The notes below the pieces were generated by a model. The model saw only the letters and a list, made by a program, of their open reading frames with translations, did not search any database and was not told where the DNA came from. Below, one piece after another: positions 36,501 to 44,406 of a stretch of DNA of 44,406 bases (position 1 is the first letter of the stretch; each line of letters starts with the position of its first letter). Origin of the DNA: Vicugna vicugna (Eukaryota). The stretch covers positions 5,010 to 49,415 of the forward strand of contig MU058797.1 of NCBI GenBank assembly GCA_013265495.1. The letters are read 5' to 3'. Made by a program: the position numbers and the translations under genes.

Positions 36501-36744
36501 CACACTGCCCAGACTCCAGGCGGACCTTTGTGAAAGAGCTGATGCTGGAGAAACACATCCAATTCATGCATGGTATTAAGGATCTTGACGTGAAAGAAAA
36601 GTTAGAAGCCACCAATGAGGAGGAAATGGAAATAGAAGATGCCAAGCTTCCTAGCCCCAAGCGGAAGTTAGAAGAACCCGTTTTCTGGAGTTCAGACTGC
36701 CTGGAGGAGCCATCACCCGACCCCTGAAGAAGCTGAAGACAAAC
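33544..36744 (+). pseudogene. ZNF532: ZNF532 processed pseudogene fragment (intronless, truncated at both ends)
   Basis: Peptides [69 protein letters not shown]2H2 fingers (KTCTVCQMRLPDQCSYASH, CEVFYKCPICPVAFKS, SVFKCPDCSLLYAQKQLM), SPKRKLEEPV and PLKKLKTN are colinear with ZNF532. No introns. Many frameshifts and stops. No poly(A). Confidence 0.95.
35211..35837 (+). repeat. Internal tandem duplication in the ZNF532 retrocopy (35211-35519 and 35532-35837)
   Basis: Near-identical copies from aggcctagtctgaaaag to ctctgtcac. 12-nt filler agagggtcttgg. Copy 2 lacks one gaa. Confidence 0.95.
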
Positions 36745-37641
36745 ACCCATTGCGATAGTCATGCACAGCTGCGTTTCTACATGTGATTCTTGATTTGTTA
36801 ATTTAGTCCCAGCAAGGAACTTTAGGACCATACGATCTAATTTTATGATATTGGATCCCTGAGGGAATCAAAGGTGTCCTCTGAGACTTAAGGGACAATC
36901 AAGGGGGGCGAAATGAGAACAGAAGCAAGAGCAGAAGGTGAGATGTGACCTGGGAGACCCCTGGGATCAGGTGGGTCCTGGCTGAGGGGCACTCTGGGAA
37001 GGTCTTCAGGTGTAAAGGGCTTGGCAGGTGAGGAAGATGCCTATGTTATGATGACCTCCTGTCGGGACAGCTCCAAGAGAGTCCCCATTTCAAATACATT
37101 TGCAGACCTGTCCTGTCTTCCCTCCCAAGTGTATTCATTCAGCAGTGCGAGCGTGTCTTCTTGGCTAAGCACTGGGCTAGAGACCTGTAATATACTGGAA
37201 ACCAAGGCGTAGACTCTGCTCCCAGGTGGCTGACCATTGGTTAGAACACAATACAATACAGGGAAAGCTGTTGTAGGCAGAGGATCAGGTAATTAGAATC
37301 ATAACCTGTCCCTCTCCCGTAGTTGCTAGCATCCCTGTTCTTGATTCTGCCCCAGAGGCTCCTTCAGGAAACACAGGGCTTCAGCAGAGCTCCCCAGGGG
37401 AAAGCAGACTCTGCTGTGAGGATACGAGACAGCGTGGACCCACCTGGGCTGTGCTGAGCAGATCTTCCCTGGTGATGGACTCCCACTGAGACCTACTGCC
37501 CTCCTTCAGTTGTCTCCTAGGGATCCAGGGACAACCCCACTGTCCTGTGAGCAGAGCCCTCGCACTCAATGATCCACATCTCACACACAAGACAACATAA
37601 TTTAAAATATCTCTACAACATCACACTGGTTGTCGAAGTGT

Positions 37642-37647
37642 TTTATT
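37642..37647 (-). terminator. Probable polyadenylation signal (AATAAA) of the RALGDS-like gene
   Basis: Minus strand ctgtacatactgctttcAATAAAacac followed by GT/T-rich sequence, downstream of the RALGDS-like exons. Confidence 0.5.
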
Positions 37648-40232
37648 GAAAGCAGTATGTACAGATGGCTGGAGGAGAGAGGAAGGGACAGAGGTGGTCA
37701 CAGATGGGGGCTGGACACAGAATGAGACATGTCTACGTATCCCAAGGGACAGCTTCCCCTCGGTGGCTCACCTTCTACTTGTGAATTGGAGTAGATTTAC
37801 ATTAGATCCCGAACGAGATGGAAGAAGAAAAGCAAATCTCTATAGCTTAAAGAAAGCCTCAGTTTATAAACATCTTCTGAGGAAGGCTCATTTGGACAGG
37901 ACCACTTCAGAACGCAGCAGCGTGTTTCTCAGAGGCAGTGACACACTTCCCTCTGGTGGCCGTATGAGGAATGGCATGGGAGCTGCTGGCTCCATGGATG
38001 GCAGACAAACAGGCAACATTCACACACACACAACATCCGTCACGCTGTTAGGAGAACGCCAATTCCGTGAGATCAAAATTTTGGCTGTGCCTTCTAGTGA
38101 AAGTCCTCGTCTTGATCATGACATGACCAGGCACTTCCCAAGGGCAGGGCCTCAGGGAGGGTTGATGGAGCCCCTGAGCTGGGCCCTGGGTCCACAGCAG
38201 AGAACAGAGAGGACGTCGCTGCCTCACAGGACCTGCAGGGAGAGAGGGGGAACGTGCTGGGGTCACTTGTCCACATCCCCGCCCTGTGTGTCTGGTGCAG
38301 AGAAGTGAGTCTATCCAAACAAAGACACGCATGGCCCTTTGCTGTTCACATTAACAATCAAATGTCAACGCAGGTTTGAAATGTATCACACAGCATCTTT
38401 GTCTCATTTCATCTAAGATGATGTCCAACTTGAAAAAACGAGATGACGCTCTGTTACCGGCCACTTTGTCAGTTACCAGGTGTAATGGCTGTCTCCACTG
38501 CAAATGTTAGAAAACATGACTTTCAAAGCTGCGTCATGGTCCTTCTGATCCCTTGTCCTTAAAGGACCTGCTTCTATTGCTTCTGCTGCCAGCTTCCTCC
38601 ACAAGCATGTCTTCTTCATCTCTGAAAGTGGAGCCCAATCCTGTCCTCCCCAGGCAGCTTCTAAATCTAGGATCCCTCCTTGAACTTCCCGAGCACAAGC
38701 CCTGTCCATTTTCCTATGATGGCAGGCACTTCCCGGCATGTCTTCTCTTCTGTGGATTCAGAGCTTCTCCCAGACCAGGAAGCTCCTCAGTCAGTTCCCA
38801 GTCTGCTCTCTGCTCAGCACTTGACAGACAGCAAATACTCAATGAAGATTTGGACATCACTAATCTAAAGTAGTTATGCACTGTTTCAGATGTCATCCTA
38901 AAATTAGAATTAAATCTCAGAAAAGAATCTGGATGTCTTGAAGCAAAAGGGCTGGTTTGTTGTTCGCAAGGTCTGCAAACCATGAACACACAGTTTTTAC
39001 CTGTAATGGACAGTATGAACCCCGGGGGTTGATGGGTTGAAGAGTTTCTCAAAGCCAAACCCCAGAACGTATAGGTGGGCGACTTGCAAGGGGCTTGGAT
39101 GGCCCGTGCAGCCTGACTACAGATCCTCGCAGCTGAACTGCACGTTTCCCATGACTGGCTGACACTGGAGCATCTCCTTAGAGGCTTGACCAGGTGGGGC
39201 CCTTAGCAGAATTGGCAGTCTGACAGGTTTTGTTTGTTGTTTTCTAAGAACTTGGGAGTGTGTTACTTAACCCCAGGTCCATCATGAGCTACACAGCATA
39301 TCAAGCTTCCAAAACCTCCAAGTGGACAAAGGCTGTCTGGGCTTCTGTACTGAAGGCGTTTTGTCGAGGTGAATTTGGTTTTGCCTTCACACTTGGGTGT
39401 GATCACTTCAGACCAAGTCCTACAAACTGACAGTGAGCCTGTGCTCCTAAGCATCAAGGCCGAGCCTCAGCCCGGGCGGCCCTTCCCCTGGGTCCTCTGA
39501 TCTCTCCTTTGCTCCCAGTTGAATCAGGGGCTCCTGTTTTTCCCCCTCCAGGAAGAGCTTAGACTCTCCTCCCTGTGAGGCCCTATGTTGTGTGCATGGG
39601 GGCATCCATCTTCAGGCAGAGAAGAGAGAGGTCGCTGAGCGTGGCCTCATTCAGTCCCCTCCAATCACAGGATCCCCAGACGTTACTCTGACGGACATCA
39701 TCAGCCTCCCCACCCTCTGTTTCTGGTTTTGGGGGAAAGGCAGAGGTCCTTCCCCTGCAGAAGCTGAATGCAAGGATGCCAGTCCTGGGGACTGGACATG
39801 GGCTGGGCAGTGGGTCACTCCTGGGGGAGCCTGAGGGGTGGGAGGGCCTGTGAGCACCTCCGGGGGCACCTGGCCTGAGGCTCAGACCTCCCTGCAGCTT
39901 CTCCGGCACCTGATATGTTTTGGGAAGACTCTTTCAGCTCATCTGAGCTCAAGTGGGTGCCACTGTTGCAAATCAAAATTCCCCTGCATGGAGCATATCC
40001 AGGAGCGTGCCTTAACGTGGTGTCCTGCCTTATTTTTAATTTTTAAATGTGTAAAATTTAAATGAAAAAATAGTGATGATCTTCTCTTCATTACTCAGCC
40101 AGACACAATAAGTCCCAAGTAATGTGTTATCACCTCTGAGAAGAATCAGGAATTGTAAATTCACAGACACCTCGGGAGCAGTGGGCGTCCCGGCACTGAA
40201 GGGGAGGGCAGGCAGCAAAGCCTGACTGGTAC

Positions 40233-40335
40233 TTACAGCGCGTCCCTCTGCTCTGGCTCCGGCGCTATCGCAGGCAGGAGAGCTGGAGCTGCTCTCCGTC
40301 CAGAGGGGTTTCCCCAGCGGGCTCTGGAGCTGGTG
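40233..40335 (-). pseudogene. RALGDS-like exon: P/A/E-rich linker with terminal TAA
   Basis: ccacag|APAPEPAGETPLDGE(-1 fs)APALLPAIAPEPEQRDAL* resembles the RALGDS PAPEPEPAP repeat linker. Confidence 0.7.
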
Positions 40336-40535
40336 CTGTGGCTCCAAGAAGGGAAACTCTTATCAATAGGACTGCTTTCCCACGTGTCTCCCAAAGCCAG
40401 GGGAGCCCTCACTGCTACTCAATCAACTCTCAGTCCCTGAGTCCACCCCCAGGGAGTCTTCCCAGCCTCTGCTCTGTGGGGTCCAGTGCCTTCCCCTCCC
40501 CACCCACCAGATCCCCCACCCTGCATCCTCCTCAC

Positions 40536-40728
40536 CATCACTCTCTGCCTCTGGGAGCTCCAGTTGCTCCAGCTGTGCCAGGAGGAGGTGGGCCTGCTGC
40601 TCCAGGTCTGAGCCAGGCATTCTCAGCTCTATGTAAGCGACAGTGGTCTTAAGGCAGGGAAATTCTGGAGGCTGGTGGAAATTGTCTGGGTACTGGAGCA
40701 GCCAGGTGCCCAGGACGGAGGCATGGCC
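40536..40728 (-). pseudogene. RALGDS-like exon (REM domain C-terminal half)
   Basis: ccccag|A(-1 fs)ASVLGTWLLQYPDNFHQPPEFPCLKTTVAYIELRMPGSDLEQQAHLLLAQLEQLELPEAESD|gtgag vs RALGDS AISSILGTWLDQYSEDFCQPPDFPCLKQLVAYVQLNMPGSDLERRAHLLLAQLE. Confidence 0.93.
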
Positions 40729-41669
40729 CTGGGGGTAGTCAGGGGGACACCAGAGTCAGGGGCTTGGCCGTTCCCACCATGTTGGGTTCCCAGGGTAGCC
40801 CTGCAGGACCTGGGCCTCTTTGCTTTTGGCTCCTGCCCACCCAGAGGCCAGCTCTGCTCCATGTCCCATCTCGGCTGGCAGTCTGGGCAGAGGCGGGCTT
40901 GGACACAGAGGAGGGGCTGCTATAAACCTTCTGAAGGGACAGCCCTTGCTCAATGGTGTGACCACGTCTCCACCTCTTCAGGGACGCCTGTCACACTTCT
41001 CTGTCCCTCTCCTTGCCCCTCCCCACTGCATGGCACCTCTGTGAGGACAGGCAGGCTGTGCGCTCTGGGCACTGCCGTCTCAGGAACACGGGAGCTGCTC
41101 TATGAGTGTCTGAGCCAGGAGGGGGCAGACAGGCTGTGTCTGCCACCCAGGCTGCCCACTGGCCTCCTCACACCTCACACTCCAGCTCCTGCACCTGCTG
41201 GCCGCATAATCCTCCAGGGACCCTGCCTGGGTCTCCTTCTGCCCCTGCCACTCAGCATCATCAGGATGGGCTCAGCTGTGCCCTGAGGCTCACTGGATCT
41301 CCTGAGCACCAACTGAGTGCCCACCATTGAGGCTCCACTAGATGGTGGGCAGGATGCTCTCCGCCCCTTGTGTTCTGTGTGTCACAAAGGGCGTGTGGGC
41401 AGGGATGGGATGGAGAGGGGATGGTTGTGGGTTTTCTTAGGGCTTGACTCTGTCCTCTGACCTCCCAGATGCCCCTCACAGTCCCATCCACAGCTCTCTG
41501 GGTCTCATCTCCTCTTTGCCAGGAGAAGCCCTAGGACTTCTGCTCTCAAGCCAGAATCACAGGGCATGTGCGATCCAGGATTCTGCCCACCTCTGCCCAA
41601 CCAGAGAGCCCACAGCTTCACACAGTATTTGGGGAAGGAGTCCCTCCCCCTTCAATCCAGGAGACTCAC

Positions 41670-41729
41670 TGTTACAGCTGGTGCAGGGGTCCCCCGTCCT
41701 CTTCAGTAAAAGGGAGGCTGCATCTGTAT
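41670..41729 (-). pseudogene. RALGDS-like exon
   Basis: tcctctag|RYRCSLPFTEEDGGPLHQL*|gtgagt vs RYGCILPYSDEDGGPQDQLKN. TAA at 41672-41674. Confidence 0.88.
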
Positions 41730-42360
41730 CTAGAGGACAGCAGGAAGGCGTCACATGGAGTGTCCTGAGCACACTAGCTGGATGTGGTATCTAGTGTGAT
41801 AGTGTGAGTCCCGGGAGAATGGAAGCCCTGGAGGGCACGGCTGTTGTCTGCTTGATGCATTAAATGATGGTTGTTCCTAGAAAAGCCCCTGTCCCTCGGG
41901 GCCCTTCCTATGTATTTGAGGAATGAGTGAGCCCACCCAGCCCCACAGCACACATCTGAGTGGGCCTGGGACCCCACTTGTCCCTCCCAGGGATCCCTGC
42001 TCTCGCTCTCCCAGGACAGGGACAGCTAATGGCATCACAGATCCCCTTTGAAATGGGAAAACACTTCCACCCAAGGCCAAAGTCCCAGTGACACAGGAGG
42101 CAGAGGCTTCCTCATGGGCAGGAGGACAATGACAAATTCACACAACCACAGCCCCGCCAGCTGCCGTTTCTGTGAGCCAGGGCCCCAGAAAGCATTTTCG
42201 ATGGTCTCCCTCTGTTCCTCCCCTCCTAGTGCCTGATCGTCTGTTGACCCCAGCGTGCAGGGAGGCAAACTGAGGCTTAGGGAGGCAGAGGAACAATGCC
42301 TCATGTCACTGCTAGTAAGTGGGCCGAGTCTTCAATGTCCCATGAGGACAGAGTGCTCAC

Positions 42361-42554
42361 CTTTGGAACAGATGGTCCAGCACCTGCTGGGTGGTGGCAA
42401 AAGTTCAATAATTGCCCAGAAATGTGTTCACATAGGAGGGGTGGCCGCCCAGGACGGCAGACACCAGGTTGGCCACCAGCTTCTCCAGCCTGTGTCGCTG
42501 GAGGCTCCATACCCTGTAGGTCTCACCCCTGCTCCCTGATGGTCCATCTTCCCC
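42361..42554 (-). pseudogene. RALGDS-like exon (REM domain N-terminal half), 194 nt
   Basis: ccccag|GEDGPSGSRGETYRVWSLQRHRLEKLVANLVSAVLGGHPSYVNTFLGNY*TFATTQQVLDHLFQR|gtgagc vs VRTVKAGTLEKLVEHLVPAFQGSDLSYVTIFLCTYRAFTTTQQVLDLLFKR. TGA at 42405-42407. Confidence 0.93.
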
Positions 42555-43174
42555 CTGGGGTGGAAAGAGGAGAGACATGAGTCAGAGGCAGCACCGGGGA
42601 CCCCCAAGGGTTGGGGCTGGAGACCAGACTGAATCCTCAAACCTCAAGGTTTTGTGCCAGAGGTGGAAGAGGGGATCCCTGAGCAGATTCAAGGTTCTTG
42701 GCATCACCAGTACAAGGGGCGGATGGCGATGATTAAATGTATTAGTGTCTCATATCATTGTGTCAGCACAGCGGTGACAGCACCTTCCTGCATCCCTGTG
42801 ACTGCTGTCACAGCATCCCATTCCAGGGATGAGAACACAGAGGCTGATCCCTGGGTGGGAGGGACGAGGTTTGTCAGGCCAACGTGGACACATGGGGATA
42901 GAGGAGAAACAGGACAATGTGTAGAAAAATGCAGAAACACTGTTGACTTAACATGAACTGAAGTTCTGTCCAAGTCTCTTTCTGAGATTTGGACTCATAC
43001 GTGGTCATTCACTTTGCATCTGGCCGAGGCAGGGCCTGGGCTGTGAGGGCGGGTGGGGGAGACGGGGAATCAGATTCCTTGGCCAGCAGTTCTCTAAGAG
43101 GGAGCCCAGGGGAGGAGCAGGGAAGCTCTGGGATCCAGGCTTCCTGGACGTTGAGTCTCCTCACTCACACTCAC

Positions 43175-43285
43175 CCTCCGCCCGTCCTGGGCTCTGCTGG
43201 TGTCGTGGGGCCCCTGCCCCTCCTGCAGGGAGATGGAGTGGGGGACTCCATGGACCAGGCCCTGTCCCATCTCTTGTGTGGAGTC
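43175..43285 (-). pseudogene. RALGDS-like exon, 111 nt
   Basis: tttgcag|DSTQEMGQGLVHGVPHSISLQEGQGPHDTSRAQDGRR|gtgagt vs RALGDS SSTQEIGEELINGVIYSISLRKVQLHH. Confidence 0.88.
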
Positions 43286-43686
43286 CTGCAAACACAGTGC
43301 CCAGCGGCCAAGCAGAAACCTCAGAGCCCTGTCTGGTTATCTTGGTGGTTCTCCGACCCATAAGACATCTCCAGTCCTGACACACATACACCACTGTCTG
43401 CACAGACCTCCTCCAGGGACAAAGCTGACAAAGTGGGGGCCTTGGATTCCCACTGGCAGAAGATGCCCCTCAGGATTCCTCTTTCCCCTTATCAGCCCTG
43501 TCCTTGTGTGCGGCCGTGACAGGACCACCAGGTTACCACGTGTTCAACAACCCATTCCTGGCCAGAGGGGACACCTCCCCTCAAGTCCCCCTTCCCCGAC
43601 ATGGAGATGAGAAGTGGGCCTGCCCAGGGAGGGCCCCCAATGGAGGCTGGTCCCACACTGGCCTTCTCCAGGCCACCCTGCGTTAC

Positions 43687-43821
43687 CTTAGGTGACCTCA
43701 AAACAGGCCAGAGGCATCTGGGTTGAGGGTTCCACAGACGCCTACAGCCACTGAACAATCTCTCAGTCCAGGGTTTCCTGGTGGAGAAGCCCCGGGAGAC
43801 GGGGAAACAAGAAGAGAACAT
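43687..43821 (-). pseudogene. RALGDS-like first coding exon (ATG at 43821; probable acceptor before 43868)
   Basis: MFSSCFPVSRGFSTRKPWTERLFSGCRRLWNPQPRCLWPVLRSPK|gtaacg. Phase 0, in frame with the next exon. Resembles the MFSCC...LWP N-terminus I recall from laurasiatherian RALGDS-like proteins. Confidence 0.8.
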
Positions 43822-44144
43822 GTTTCTTCAACTGTCTCCAGTCAAGTGAGCTCACTCAGGGGCCGTCACTAGAATGTGGGTGCCTGGTAACCAGGTTCCA
43901 TTTCTGTTGGGGTCTGTTGTCAAGGAAGTGATGTCGCTTCCTGGGGTCCACTTCCTGGAACCCACTCCTCAGACAACACCTCCACACACAGCCCTCTGGG
44001 CTGCTGCCTGCTCACCCCCTTCTCCTCGCAAACCCACCTCTTCCACAGTTACAGCAGCCGTGCCCTCTCCATGGCTCCCGGGGAGGCTCTGTGTGCAGCT
44101 GTGAGGAGACGCCCTGGCTTCCACACTCAACTCCTCGTTCTTAC

Positions 44145-44200
44145 CTGTTCTCCATCCTGGGTAAGTCCTGGTGTCTGTCCAGGCCTGTCTGTCTCCCCAC
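44145..44200 (-). other. Probable 5'-UTR exon of the RALGDS-like gene
   Basis: tgtgcag|...gagaacag|gtaaga. The acceptor is conserved in the paralogous sequence at 34-40. Confidence 0.55.
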
Positions 44201-44406
44201 CTGCACAGTGGGGGTGATTCTACACAGTACTTCTAGGGCTGTCCTCTGGTGTAAGTGGAATAAGGCCTAAACAATGGGGGAGTGGTGTCCCATGTAGGTG
44301 ATGCCTCCCATGTTTTTCTTCCTCTGACTTCCTCCTCCATATCTGTTCCTCTTCTGATCCCACCCCATCATCCTTATTCAATGTACAGTGGTGTACGGGT
44401 GTCTGT

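Larger units (their letters stand above)
37630..44200 (-). pseudogene. Ral guanine nucleotide dissociation stimulator-like (RALGDS-like) multi-exon pseudogene
   Basis: Six coding-type exons with GT-AG boundaries, five of them homologous to RALGDS N-terminal/REM-domain exons. Two premature stops and two 1-nt deletions. The 3' boundary is inferred from the poly(A) signal. Confidence 0.88.

Noticed and set aside
33647..36727. ORFs with C2H2 zinc fingers as a functional ZNF gene
   Set aside because: They are frameshifted fragments of one intronless ZNF532 copy with several stops, truncated at both ends.
37646..38308. 220-aa + strand ORF
   Set aside because: Non-ATG start, no recognisable homology, and antisense to the probable RALGDS-like 3' UTR.
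38470..39990. Exon-like minus-strand segments as RasGEF catalytic or RA domain exons
   Set aside because: Translations give no convincing match to RALGDS CDC25/RA sequence; at most degraded remnants or UTR exons.
22550..42407. In-frame TGA codons as selenocysteine or readthrough
   Set aside because: They coincide with parental Arg positions and co-occur with TAG/TAA stops and frameshifts.

Overview
Mammalian genomic DNA, most likely camelid (inferred from two tRNA-derived SINEs of the camelid Vic-1 type). No intact protein-coding gene is supportable. The window is a mosaic of duplicated gene pieces, bracketed by two diverged, same-orientation (minus-strand) RALGDS-like paralogues about 44.2 kb apart. 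From left to right: (1) 5' flank and UTR region of a RALGDS-like gene whose body lies left of the window, with a co-oriented solo LTR; (2) a GC-rich block carrying the decayed promoter and exons 1-2 of GRID1 (+, unprocessed pseudogene); (3) a nested L1/LTR cluster at a sharp GC-to-AT transition near 20.7 kb; (4) an AT-rich block with eight consecutive C-terminal WAPL exons and their introns (+, unprocessed pseudogene); (5) an intronless ZNF532 retrocopy fragment truncated at both ends, with an internal ~310-bp duplication (+); (6) a multi-exon RALGDS-like pseudogene (-) whose repaired ORF would be a ~265-aa REM-domain-only protein. Gene identities come from manual translation compared with my recollection of the human proteins. 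No database search was run, and repeat family names are approximate.
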